Assembly (NCBI GenBank): GCA_963713615.1
Contig: CAVQMM010000001.1
Span: 3,232,001-3,296,000 of the forward strand
Length of the DNA: 64,000 nucleotides
DNA from: an uncultured Chlamydiae bacterium
Lineage (GTDB): Bacteria; Chlamydiota; Chlamydiia; Chlamydiales; JAJFMA01
Direction: 5' to 3'
Shown piece by piece: positions 20,877 through 30,351 of the stretch; positions within the stretch are counted from its first letter, which is position 1, and every line of letters starts with the position of its first letter. A program made the position numbers and the translations under genes. The notes beneath the pieces were generated by a model. The model saw nothing but the letters and a program-made list of their open reading frames with translations, had not been told where the DNA came from and ran no database searches.

Positions 20877-21340
20877 TGGAGCTCCTATGATTTATTTGAT
20901 TCGAACATTACCTTCATTTGCATTCAGTGAAGGAGTGTATTACTAGCTCAATATAATGGCAAGTGCATAATTTTTTATTCTCCAACAGCCCGGTAAAAGT
21001 GATTAGTTTCAGAGAGTTCAATACCGCATTAGACATTCATCTGAAGGCCTATAAAAGTAGATTCAGCTCATTTTTCTAGTTGCAAGGGATTTTGAAGACA
21101 ATAAGGACTTTAAGGACGAAGAGTTACAGTTCAAGCTCTCTTCTATCCAAACAAGTGCATATAGTCTAATCACATTATCAGTTACGGCCCTCATTGTCTT
21201 CATCGTTCTTAAACTGAGCTCTGCGCGCATGTTATTGGTGCATGCAAGTAATAATTACCAAAAAATATTAACACAGCGTTAAGCATCTGTTGGAGACTGA
21301 TTAAGATTGCTTTGTTTTGCGTGTTTTTTGGCAAAAGCCA

Positions 21341-21370
21341 TTGACGTTGTGGCGCGGAACCGGATATAAT
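21341..21370 (+). promoter_or_regulatory. Putative sigma70-type promoter
   Basis: TTGACG-N18-TATAAT upstream of the ORF at 21427, which has a GGAGG RBS. Confidence 0.45.
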
Positions 21371-21426
21371 GCTAGGCCCAAACACTAGAAAATGTGTAGT
21401 AAAATGAAAGTAACGGGAGGAATACC

Positions 21427-22293
21427 ATGGTGGCAAATGTAATGGCACCAAGCGGCTTGGATGCTTGCTGGTTCACAAGAGATTTAGTCGATCGTATAGA
21501 TCAATGTGCAAAAGATGGCGGAGCCGTCGCACGGTTAACTGCCGGCGGCTTGACTGGCTTGGTGGCGCTCTCAGACTTAGACAACGCGGGCATTCACCTC
21601 GTTAAGGCGGTAGCCCAATTGCCCTTGGCTGTGCTTGTCACCATTGGTCGGTTGGTCGGTTTGGATGCTGCTAAACAATCCGATTACGACCTAACGAGAG
21701 TGGCGCTCCATGTGACGCGAACCCTAGCTTTTGCTACTGAAGCAGGCGTTTGTGGGACAATAGGCATCCCTTTTGCAGTTGCCAAGCCTTCGGCTATTGT
21801 TGCTTTGCATCGTGACCTAGGTTTGAATGCTACCTGGGAAAATTCGGGGTCTCTTGAAACATGGCGCACTCGTGTAGATGAATATTGCCACATGGCGCAA
21901 GATGGAGTTAAGAAGGCTTGGGGAACCACGCGTGACTTTGGCTCTCTTGTCATTAGCAATAAAAACCCAGCTCTAACGATCAAAGTGATAGGTGCTCTTG
22001 TGGGCACACTAGGTCTTGTGGGTGGAACTGCCTTGGCGTTGTCTTCAACTGGGACGAGTGATGGTGGTCCTAACAACCATGATGTTCCTGATAACGGTGG
22101 TGTCAACAATATCGTTATTGTTGACCCTAACAAAGTTAAACCTAATGACGACAACCAAGATAAAAAGCACAAGGTGACATCGGGTGAGGTGGGGGTGCAT
22201 GCAGTATTAGGCTTGGGTACGGTTGCTGTGGCATATGCAATGGTATATCGTCTTGTCAAGGCTGTGCCTGTTCTTGGTATGGCGCCCGCCTAA
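21427..22293 (+). CDS. Hypothetical membrane protein, paralog of 10481-11296
   Basis: Shared GLDACW, RLTAGGLTGLVAL and CGTIGIPFAV motifs. Confidence 0.75.
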   Translation: MVANVMAPSGLDACWFTRDLVDRIDQCAKDGGAVARLTAGGLTGLVALSDLDNAGIHLVKAVAQLPLAVLVTIGRLVGLDAAKQSDYDLTRVALHVTRTLAFATEAGVCGTIGIPFAVAKPSAIVALHRDLGLNATWENSGSLETWRTRVDEYCHMAQDGVKKAWGTTRDFGSLVISNKNPALTIKVIGALVGTLGLVGGTALALSSTGTSDGGPNNHDVPDNGGVNNIVIVDPNKVKPNDDNQDKKHKVTSGEVGVHAVLGLGTVAVAYAMVYRLVKAVPVLGMAPA

Positions 22294-22310
22294 TTGAAGA
22301 CCTATAGTCT

Positions 22311-22350
22311 AAAGCCCGTACAGCCTTTCTGGTTGGACGGGCTTTTTTTT
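22311..22350 (+). terminator. Intrinsic terminator
   Basis: aaagcccgt...acgggc followed by a T-run. Confidence 0.75.
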
Positions 22351-22445
22351 GAGCGCAGGATAGATGTTATCGCCCTTGCCAAGAAAGGGTTTGTTTGGCT
22401 ATCATTTACGACTAGCTGATAGATCAAACGTGATTCAAGCGTTAA

Positions 22446-22532
22446 GGAAAGATGGCTGAGTGGCCGAAAGCACGTCCCTGCTAAGGACGCATACCCGCAA
22501 GGGTATCGAGGGTTCGAATCCCTCTCTTTCCG
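22446..22532 (+). tRNA. tRNA-Ser (GCT)
   Basis: Acceptor stem ggaaaga/tctttcc, anticodon loop ctGCTaa, long variable arm, ggttcgaatcc; CCA not encoded. Confidence 0.95.
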
Positions 22533-22568
22533 CTCAAGGGCTTTGGCATCACTGCCAAGGCCCTTTTT

Positions 22569-23411
22569 TTATCTTCTTAAGTAGTTTCGGCGAAGGGGTA
22601 GCACAAGGCCATATGCCAGGCCAGCCACTAGGGCGATGGTAGCACCTGCTGGCCAGTCCAGATGGTAGGCAGCCATTGTTCCAGAGAAAGAAAAGATGGC
22701 GCTTAAGAGGACTCCCACTAGCATCATGGTTGACAGTCTACCCGTGAATAGGTTAGCTATGGCTGCAGGAATCGTCAGCATGGTGATCACCAAAATAATC
22801 CCTACCACCTGAATAAGCACCACCGTGGTGATGGCTACCAGGACCAGCAGAAGCAGATAAAGAGCTTTCACAGGCTGCTGCTGCAGAAGGGCCTGCTCCT
22901 CATCGAAGCAGATGGCGAGGAAGCGGGGATGCAGGCATAGCACGATCAGCAAGACAATCGCATCGAGTCCAAAAAGCATATATAGGTCGCTGGGGTCTAT
23001 CCACAGGATGTTACCGATGAGGAAATTATTGAGTTCGACGTTATAACCAGGGGTCTGAGAAATAAAGACGACGCCGATGGCCATGCCCACGGACCATAAG
23101 GCAGCGATGACAGAATCTTCCCTTTCGCGATAGTGTAAGTGGATCCATCCGATGAGCAAGGCTGACAAGATAGCTGTCACCAAAGCACCTTGTATGGGAG
23201 TGATCCATTCGATATCGTGGGTGCGTTGTAGCCAAAGGCAGAAGCCCATGCCTCCCAAGACAGTGTGGGAGATGCTGCCGCTGATGAAGACGATACGCTT
23301 GACGACGACATAGGCTCCGATGATCCCGCTGATGATGGAAGCGCCGAAGCCTGCCAATATGGCGGACAAGAGCAGCGGGTTAGTGGTTAAGGCCTCAAAA
23401 AAAGAAAACAT
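22569..23411 (-). CDS. Zn/Mn ABC transporter permease
   Basis: SHTVLGG motif, multiple TM segments, IPAAIA. Confidence 0.9.
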   Translation of the reverse strand: MFSFFEALTTNPLLLSAILAGFGASIISGIIGAYVVVKRIVFISGSISHTVLGGMGFCLWLQRTHDIEWITPIQGALVTAILSALLIGWIHLHYREREDSVIAALWSVGMAIGVVFISQTPGYNVELNNFLIGNILWIDPSDLYMLFGLDAIVLLIVLCLHPRFLAICFDEEQALLQQQPVKALYLLLLVLVAITTVVLIQVVGIILVITMLTIPAAIANLFTGRLSTMMLVGVLLSAIFSFSGTMAAYHLDWPAGATIALVAGLAYGLVLPLRRNYLRR

Positions 23412-23414
23412 AAG

Positions 23415-24179
23415 CTATATGGGCTCAGAGGGGTTCTGGGATTTTTGGGGCGGCATGATCAAAGGTGTGTGGTACAAACCTACGGTAAAGTGCTGGCAGA
23501 CCTCTTCAGGTTTTAGAGGGATTGCTGCGCCTTGGACGCATAGGATACGGTCGACTCTTTCGATGACAGTTTGGAGGTCATGGGTGACCATTGCGAGGGT
23601 CATATTGCCGCGTAGTTTGGCAAGAAGCTTGTAAATTTCCGCTTGAGCCTCGACATCGACGCTGCTGGTGGGTTCATCGAGGAGCAGCAGTTTAGGTTGG
23701 GAGACCAAGGCTCTGGCGATCAGGACGCGTTGTGCTTGACCACCGGAAAGCGATCCAAAGGCTGCATGAGCAAAAGAGGTGAGCTCGACAGCTTCGAGAG
23801 CCTCCATAGCGAGTTGTTTATCGCGAGTGCTGTAGGCTCCGTACCAAGGGAGGTGAGAGAGGCGTCCGGTTAAAACAACTTCGAAGACGGAGATAGGAAA
23901 AAGTTTGTCGAAGGGAAGACGTTGGGGGACATAGGCGATATCATTGCGGGCATTAGCAGGATCTTTCCCAAAGATCGTGAGGGATCCGGAATCGGGTTTT
24001 AGAAAACCCATGAGGAGTTTCAGAAGAGTTGTTTTGCCGCCGCCGTTGGGACCGATGATGCCTACAAACTGACCTTCGAGAATTTCGAAGGAAACGTGTG
24101 AGAGCACAGGAGCGGTGCCGTAGGCAAAGCAGAGATCATGGGCGACAATTACGGGCATTGCATCCTTCGGTGCGGGCAA
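23415..24179 (-). CDS. Zn/Mn ABC transporter ATP-binding protein
   Basis: GPNGGGKT, LSGGQ, LLLDEP, VTHD; start could be ATG 24158. Confidence 0.92.
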   Translation of the reverse strand: MPAPKDAMPVIVAHDLCFAYGTAPVLSHVSFEILEGQFVGIIGPNGGGKTTLLKLLMGFLKPDSGSLTIFGKDPANARNDIAYVPQRLPFDKLFPISVFEVVLTGRLSHLPWYGAYSTRDKQLAMEALEAVELTSFAHAAFGSLSGGQAQRVLIARALVSQPKLLLLDEPTSSVDVEAQAEIYKLLAKLRGNMTLAMVTHDLQTVIERVDRILCVQGAAIPLKPEEVCQHFTVGLYHTPLIMPPQKSQNPSEPI

Positions 24180-24271
24180 ATTTGTGCCGGGATAGTGTCG
24201 TTAGAGTAGCATAATTAGGGCATCTATGACAATAGGCAGCGTAACAAACCGTTTGCAGCGCGTATAGTTGT

Positions 24272-24570
24272 ACAATCATTGCTCGGCGCGCAGCGCTTTG
24301 GAGTGCGCGTCGCTCGCGACCGCTTTGGAATTGGGCGAAGCTATAGCCTCACGACCGTCACCCTCCCCACACCCCAAAGGCCTCACAATCGTCACTCGGC
24401 GCGTAGCGCTTTGGAGTGCGCGTCGCTCGCGACCGCTTTGGATTTGGGCGAAGCTATAGCCTCAGGACCGTTACCCTCCTCACCCCCCAAAGCCCTCACA
24501 ATCGTCACTCGGCGCGTAGCGCTTTGGAGTGCGCGTCGCTCGCGATCGCTTTGGATTTGGGCGAACCTCT
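24272..24570 (+). repeat. REP family B tandem array, 3 units, period 113 bp
   Basis: gcgctttggagtgcgcgtcgctcgcgaccgctttgg at 24293, 24406 and 24519. Confidence 0.93.
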
Positions 24571-24584
24571 TGCTTCACAAGCCA

Positions 24585-25115
24585 TTAAAAGTCATCATAA
24601 ACATTTACATTATCTATTTTGAAGCTCTCTACGGTTTTTTGAAAGGCCCTTGAGGCGGTCTTCTGGAACCAATTTGCAGAACACCATGTATATTCAGCGG
24701 CGTTTTCCACGAGTTTATGTCGAACTGGATTTTGCTTAACATAGTTCAAACGCGCCAAATAAGATCGTTCGAAGGTTAGGCGCGTATCCCAGAATTGATG
24801 CCACACCTGACGACCAGGTGTGCCATCCCTTTCGTTAACGATCCTTGCTGTAATGCCGTGTAGCTTATTGATAAATATATTTAGATTTTGTGGATCCTTA
24901 GGAGCACTTGCCACAAAATGATAATGGTTACTAAAGACGGCCCAAGCCTGCAAACTCCAATTAAATTCATTCGCACAAGAGATAAGGTTATTTTGCAGTA
25001 TGGTAAGTCTTTCTGGACATCTAAAATGATGAAGTTTGCGATAGGTACCTGCAGTCACCATGTAGGTTCCTTGATTGGCGGTCCAGTGTGGTGGGCTATG
25101 TGGCCAGTGTTCCAT
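24585..25115 (-). CDS. REP-associated tyrosine transposase (RAYT)
   Basis: YMVTAGT, NHYHF (HUH), WHQFWD, NYVKQNPVRHKLV and YTWCS motifs; flanked on both sides by REP-B; likely start ATG 25115 (MEHWPH). Confidence 0.9.
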   Translation of the reverse strand: MEHWPHSPPHWTANQGTYMVTAGTYRKLHHFRCPERLTILQNNLISCANEFNWSLQAWAVFSNHYHFVASAPKDPQNLNIFINKLHGITARIVNERDGTPGRQVWHQFWDTRLTFERSYLARLNYVKQNPVRHKLVENAAEYTWCSANWFQKTASRAFQKTVESFKIDNVNVYDDF

Positions 25116-25197
25116 AAGGTTCCTAAGAGCGTTTTTTAGGAAAGAAAAGATATTATTTAAAATAATTATATGCAAGTTTTAGGTTGTTAAAAAAAAG

Positions 25198-25586
25198 ACT
25201 GGCGCCGAAAGACGATTGTGAGGGGTTTGTGGTGTGAGGGTGGATGTAAGGGTTTGTGGTGTGAGGGGGTGGCGGTCGTGAGGCTATAGGTTCGCCCAAA
25301 TCCAAAGCGGTCGCGAGCGACGCGCACTCCAAAGCGCTGCGCGCCGAAAGACGATTGTGAGGGGTTTGTGGTGTGAGGGGGTGACGGTCGTGAGGCTATA
25401 GGTTCGCCCAAATCCAAAGCGGTCGCGAGCGACGCGCACTCCAAAGCGCTGCGCGCCGAAAGACGATTGTGAGGGGTTTGTGGTGTGAGGGGGTGACGGT
25501 CGTGAGGCTATAGGTTCGCCCAAATCCAAAGCGGTCGCGAGCGACCGCACTCCAAAGCGCTGCGCGCCGAGAGACTATTGTGAGGG
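25198..25586 (-). repeat. REP family B tandem array, 3 full units plus a partial one, inverted relative to the left array
   Basis: ccaaagcggtcgcgagcgac(g)cgcactccaaagcgc with period 111-112 bp. Confidence 0.93.
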
Positions 25587-25609
25587 CTTCGCGCCCAGAG
25601 GCGATTATC

Positions 25610-26473
25610 CTACGACTTGGCAAACTGCTGAGAGATCAACAAGAGGTTCGTCATATAATTCTCAGCATAGGGATCCAACAACACTAACGAAGCTCCCAGC
25701 TGCCCAGCAATGATCTTCGCTGCTTTGTCACTGTACTGCGTTTGGGTGAAAATCGTCTTGACACGCAGCTCCTGAGCTTTGTTGATCAATGCAGTGAGCT
25801 TCCGCGATGAAGGATCCTTGCCCTCCACCTCCACAGCGAGTTGTGCTAGGCCATAGTCACGGCACAAATAGGCGTAGGCAGGGTGCGTTACCAGAATCGT
25901 CTTGCCACGCACGGGATTCAAAATCTCTGAAAGCTGCTTCTCGAGGCTATCAAGCTCAGACAAATGTTCCTTGAGTGCTTGTTGATAACGGGCAGCATTA
26001 GCAGGGTAACGCTTGCTAAGGGTGTCAGCGACAATGCGAGCTTCTTGCTTCATAAGACGGGCACTTAGCCAGTAATGGAGATCCTTGCCTTCAGGATGGC
26101 AGCACCCTTCATGGCATCCTTCGCCTTCGATGAGGTCTAGGCCCTGGCGCATGTCGATGAGCTGCAGCTTAGAATTATGCGCTGTCAGGGCCTTGGCGAC
26201 GCGTGGCTCAAAGCTCTCTCCGATGCGAAACCAAAGATCTGCCTTGCCAGAGGCTAATACTTGTTTCATCGTAGGTTCATATGTATGGACATTAGCCGCC
26301 GGTGGCACCAATAGGCCCACTGCGACTGTATCGCCGGCAATGCGTTCCACGAGATGTTTATAGGGAGCTACACTGACAAGCACGTAAGGTGTGTTGTCCG
26401 CTGTACCTGTGGCACTCAAATTAACCGTCGTCCACATTAGAACGAGCAGTAGATAATTGGCTATTGATCTCAT
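25610..26473 (-). CDS. Zn/Mn ABC transporter substrate-binding protein (ZnuA/TroA family)
   Basis: Signal peptide, HTYEPT, DLHYWLS, HPAYAY, LDPY. Confidence 0.9.
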   Translation of the reverse strand: MRSIANYLLLVLMWTTVNLSATGTADNTPYVLVSVAPYKHLVERIAGDTVAVGLLVPPAANVHTYEPTMKQVLASGKADLWFRIGESFEPRVAKALTAHNSKLQLIDMRQGLDLIEGEGCHEGCCHPEGKDLHYWLSARLMKQEARIVADTLSKRYPANAARYQQALKEHLSELDSLEKQLSEILNPVRGKTILVTHPAYAYLCRDYGLAQLAVEVEGKDPSSRKLTALINKAQELRVKTIFTQTQYSDKAAKIIAGQLGASLVLLDPYAENYMTNLLLISQQFAKS

Positions 26474-26589
26474 TGTAATACTAACCTTGTTGTTCTTAAA
26501 ACAGAGTATGCGACTTTTTACCGTTTTTTACAAGGTACTAGTCGGATTTTTCGGGGTGGTTTTATGCCGTGCGTAGTAGCCGGTATAGC

Positions 26590-28107
26590 CTACAACATCT
26601 TTTCGACGCGCTTGATGCCTTCTTTGTCGACTACAATGCGAAATTTGCGCAGATCGCTGTGGGGCTCACCGGTCATATCGCGGAAGGTTCGTCGCATGAT
26701 GATATTGATATGGTAGACTTTTGGAGCATGGATGACGTGGAGCTTTCCTGTTTTGACGTCGACTTCAAGGTATTCCTTGTAGGCGTCGCTGGCCTTAAGT
26801 AAAAAGCGTGCAATATTGTAGCGCATGATGTCATTGAGGTCGGGAGCGCGATGATGGTTCTCCTCCGGTTCAGCGAATAAAACGACCTCTTTTTTGTAGA
26901 AAAAGACGTTTTCTAAGCGTTCAGCTCGCTCAAGTTCCGTATGAAAGCCTGTATTGCGGATTTGGATGATTTTTGGAGGCACCTCTTTAGGTGTCAGAAA
27001 GGAAAAATATTCCTTGAGGTAGCCAAGCTTAGTCTCACCATCCGGAGTTTCGATATGCGTGCGGTAGTCGGGGAACCAACGCGCCGCAAAGGTGGCGGAG
27101 AGGTTTTTGAGTCCATCTTTGAAGCGGTCCTTGATGATATAAAGGAAGACCGAAAGCATGATGAAAGCCGTCGAGTTCACGATGATGCCACCGGGTTGAG
27201 AGCCGCCCAATTGCCAGGTCAGGAAGAACACATAAATCAGCATGGCGAGCCCCGCGGCGACCATAGCGGCAAACTCGCGAAAGGGTTTGGCGGGTTCCTT
27301 ACGGATAATATTTAGGAATAGGGCTTCCCAAACAAATTTCTTGAGTAGACCCGAGCGATAGACGAAATATTCCATGTTCTTTTCAGGGTCGTCGGCATAG
27401 GGTGAACGCTCTTTGGCGTTGGCGCGATGCGTGCTTTCCCAAAGAATGCGTTCGGTGACTTGCTCAATAGGGGATTCCGGATACTGCTGTAGTGCATGCA
27501 GCAGGGAGGTTAGATGTTGATCGACGGTTAGGCTGATGAATTCATCGATGTATTGGGCGTAATCGACCAAACGCGTATTGCGCCAACGCTCGGCAAACTC
27601 TGCCATAAAATTGTGATAGCTGGCACGTAGGGATATGATTTCATGACAGAGCTCCTCAATACCTTCATAAACCCTGTCTGGGTTAAGAGCCTGGTGCTTC
27701 AGTGCTTCGATGAAGTATAGCGAGCGGTCACGGATATCACTGCGAGCCATATTGGCATAAAGCTTTAGGTCCTTGAGCACATCCTTCTCTGGTGGGCTGC
27801 GATCGTCGGCGTACGATTGCCGCACGTTGCTCAGGGGAGAGTGTGGATGATTCGTATCGATTAACTCAGGAAGTGGCACATGTGGCGTCTTGAGGCGTAT
27901 CAGACTTGTCTGGTCATAATAAAAGTGTTTTTTTGCATAGGTGTGTTTGTTGACGTGAAGGGCAGTCGGAATGAAGAAATAGAATTCCAGGGTATAGGTA
28001 TTGTTGGTTTGCCCAGGGACAGGAGAGTACTCAGACTTTACTTCAAACTGAAATTTGTCGCGGAGGTGGATGTCGCCATCCCCAATGTCCTCATCGATAT
28101 CAGCCAT
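26590..28107 (-). CDS. Hypothetical protein with two central TM helices
   Basis: 505-aa ORF; no recognised family motif. Confidence 0.75.
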   Translation of the reverse strand: MADIDEDIGDGDIHLRDKFQFEVKSEYSPVPGQTNNTYTLEFYFFIPTALHVNKHTYAKKHFYYDQTSLIRLKTPHVPLPELIDTNHPHSPLSNVRQSYADDRSPPEKDVLKDLKLYANMARSDIRDRSLYFIEALKHQALNPDRVYEGIEELCHEIISLRASYHNFMAEFAERWRNTRLVDYAQYIDEFISLTVDQHLTSLLHALQQYPESPIEQVTERILWESTHRANAKERSPYADDPEKNMEYFVYRSGLLKKFVWEALFLNIIRKEPAKPFREFAAMVAAGLAMLIYVFFLTWQLGGSQPGGIIVNSTAFIMLSVFLYIIKDRFKDGLKNLSATFAARWFPDYRTHIETPDGETKLGYLKEYFSFLTPKEVPPKIIQIRNTGFHTELERAERLENVFFYKKEVVLFAEPEENHHRAPDLNDIMRYNIARFLLKASDAYKEYLEVDVKTGKLHVIHAPKVYHINIIMRRTFRDMTGEPHSDLRKFRIVVDKEGIKRVEKML

Positions 28108-28172
28108 AGGTAAATAAACCTATATGTCATGTGATCTTATTATAGCACGATGAGGCAAAGGATATGCCATCC

Positions 28173-28215
28173 AAAAAAAAGTGCCCAATCTCGACTTGGA
28201 AACGAGATTGGGCAC
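28173..28215 (-). terminator. Intrinsic terminator of 28241-28918
   Basis: A8 followed by gtgcccaatctcg-N9-cgagattgggcac. Confidence 0.75.
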
Positions 28216-28240
28216 GGGAGCAATCCAGTGAAGCTCAAGT

Positions 28241-28918
28241 TTACTCCACGACTGTAAAAGAATCGAAGAATTCTTCTCCATCAACGCCATCGGTGATTGA
28301 GAGAAGAAAGTAGGTGTTTTCTTTTACTCTGATCACTTTTAGATAAATATGATCAAATTCGATATTCATGTTTTTGTCCTGAATAGAGATTTTGTTATTC
28401 AGTGCGATGGCAAGTTTGCAGAACGGGTGTAATTGCAATTGATCGCTGGACGCTTTAAGCGTTTTTATCAGTTGTTCGTTCTCATTTAGTAGGGGATTGT
28501 TGGTTTCGAAAAGGGTATTCTCAGGGAATAGCAAGTTCAGCAGCTCTGGAATGAGTCCTTCAATGTGCTCGGGCATAGCTTCTGCCAGGAATACGATGTT
28601 TCGAGCGATTTTGAATAGCTCGTCGCCCTTTGTCCCAAACAACACATAAATACCGTTGTTATTGGTTGACACGACAATCGGATTGCTTTTGTCACGGTCT
28701 ACATAGGAATAATTCCGGATAGTTCCAGGCAGTATGACCTGGATATCGTCTCCAATAAAATAATAGTTAAAATTATTGATAGCGCTAGGGGAGTCTGATG
28801 ACTGCTCAGATTTGGCTCTTTCCTCGATGTTTTCAACAGTTTGATCGTTTTCCCACTCAGATGAGGAAACGTCACCGGTGATTATGGATCCGGCTAGTAA
28901 TAGGGTTAACGGATGCAT
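28241..28918 (-). CDS. Hypothetical exported protein
   Basis: GGGAGG RBS, hydrophobic N-terminus, downstream terminator. Confidence 0.65.
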   Translation of the reverse strand: MHPLTLLLAGSIITGDVSSSEWENDQTVENIEERAKSEQSSDSPSAINNFNYYFIGDDIQVILPGTIRNYSYVDRDKSNPIVVSTNNNGIYVLFGTKGDELFKIARNIVFLAEAMPEHIEGLIPELLNLLFPENTLFETNNPLLNENEQLIKTLKASSDQLQLHPFCKLAIALNNKISIQDKNMNIEFDHIYLKVIRVKENTYFLLSITDGVDGEEFFDSFTVVE

Positions 28919-29066
28919 ATTTTCCCTCCCAGGTTAATGTATGCGTCGAAGCATTTTATCATTTTTGCGGCTTAAGATAAAAGGCTTATGATTTTTTGAG
29001 AGATAGGGAAGGGTTTTACCCCTTGAAAGATATGCGGTTAGCGGGTAATCTTGACATCCTTATTGC

Positions 29067-29156
29067 GGAGGAGTGTCCGAGTGGCTTAAGGAGCACGCTT
29101 GGAAAGCGTGTGTGCGTGAAAGCGTACCGTGGGTTCGAATCCCACCTCCTCCGCCA
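29067..29156 (+). tRNA. tRNA-Ser (GGA)
   Basis: Acceptor stem ggaggag/ctcctcc, anticodon loop ttGGAaa, long variable arm, encoded CCA. Confidence 0.95.
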
Positions 29157-29167
29157 TTTTCTTTCTG

Positions 29168-30262
29168 TTACTGGTTAATTAGGTCTTCATAGGGCTTTTT
29201 AAGTTTGTATTTTCTGCCTTTATTTGAAAAATCTGTGATTTCCAAAAAACCATTTTCGACCCACGTTCGGCATAATTGTGCACTGGTTCGTGCCTTAAAG
29301 CCAAATAGGATGCCGATTTGATGTGCCGTAATCGTTTCAAATTTTTGAAATAATTCGAGCGCTTTACGTTGACGTGGATCAAGCTTTCTTAGCCGAGCGC
29401 TCTGATCTATATCGCCATGCCCATGAGCCTCTGTCATTTGCTTTAACACGCTTTCAAATGAAAAGGCTATGCCTTCCACAAAATAAGCCACCCACTTCGT
29501 GATACTGGCTTCTGCTCTTCCAAGGTAATAGTTGTGTGAGTCTCCTATACTAATGGCATCATAGTAGGCTCCTAGATTACGAGCATAGTATTCTTCAAGC
29601 GAGTAGAGGCCCTTTAAGTCGTAGCCGCCTAGATGCAAAATTAAGGTTGTGAGTAGTCGTGCGGTACGCCCATTGCCATCGTAGTAAGGGTGAATGGTAG
29701 CAAATTGATAGTGAGCAATCCCTGCGACGATAGCACAGGGAATTTCACTGCTGTGGCTGATCCAGTTAACTAGTCCTTTCATAAGTCGAGGGACATCCTT
29801 AGCTTCGGGAGGCATATAAACAATGGTGCGAGTTCGGCCATCGCGGATCACATTTTGGCCATCGCGGTAAGGTGTTGGTTTAACCTTCGACCTTCCATCA
29901 GCCATCACAAGAGCATGCAGAGTTTGAATGTGTTTTTCAGTAATACGCACACCTTGAGCCACCCATTGCTCCACCTGCGTCAGGGCGGAATAATAACCTT
30001 TTACCTCTCGCTCATCTCGTTCGCGTCCCGGAAAATGCCCATCGTGCTTGAGAACTTCTTCAACTTGATGCGGTGAAAGGGCATTACCTTCAATCATGGT
30101 TGAATAATGTGTGGTAAAAAGACGCGCTGTTTCACGTAGAGATGTTAGTACCGTCGGAGTTAGGGGTAAGTGTAGAATTTTTTGCTTCGCGGCTTCAATA
30201 CGAGTGAGGCTGGTGGCCATTTGGGGCGTAATGCTGTAGTTGGGGGTAAATTTTATCGGCAT
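29168..30262 (-). CDS. Fic family protein with probable C-terminal HTH
   Basis: HPYYDGNGRTAR Fic motif; STMIEGN inhibitory-type motif. Confidence 0.9.
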   Translation of the reverse strand: MPIKFTPNYSITPQMATSLTRIEAAKQKILHLPLTPTVLTSLRETARLFTTHYSTMIEGNALSPHQVEEVLKHDGHFPGRERDEREVKGYYSALTQVEQWVAQGVRITEKHIQTLHALVMADGRSKVKPTPYRDGQNVIRDGRTRTIVYMPPEAKDVPRLMKGLVNWISHSSEIPCAIVAGIAHYQFATIHPYYDGNGRTARLLTTLILHLGGYDLKGLYSLEEYYARNLGAYYDAISIGDSHNYYLGRAEASITKWVAYFVEGIAFSFESVLKQMTEAHGHGDIDQSARLRKLDPRQRKALELFQKFETITAHQIGILFGFKARTSAQLCRTWVENGFLEITDFSNKGRKYKLKKPYEDLINQ

Positions 30263-30351
30263 AATATCTGCGTTTTATCGGCATTTGTCTCTATATCAAT
30301 TATGCAGATAAACCGCAGATAAGTCCATCATTCCCATCAGTGACAATTCTG

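Noticed and set aside
21100..21212. Possible degenerate ggac-type repeat pair
   Set aside because: Similarity is too weak to support by eye.
24268..25623. Short ORFs such as SARSALECASLATALDLGE and the 25175 start for the RAYT
   Set aside because: The short ORFs are REP-B translations. The N-terminal extension is AT-rich upstream DNA, and ATG 25115 fits better.
22446..29156. Integrative island between the two tRNA-Ser genes
   Set aside because: The tRNAs are different isoacceptors; there is no integrase or duplicated att sequence, and the content is largely housekeeping.
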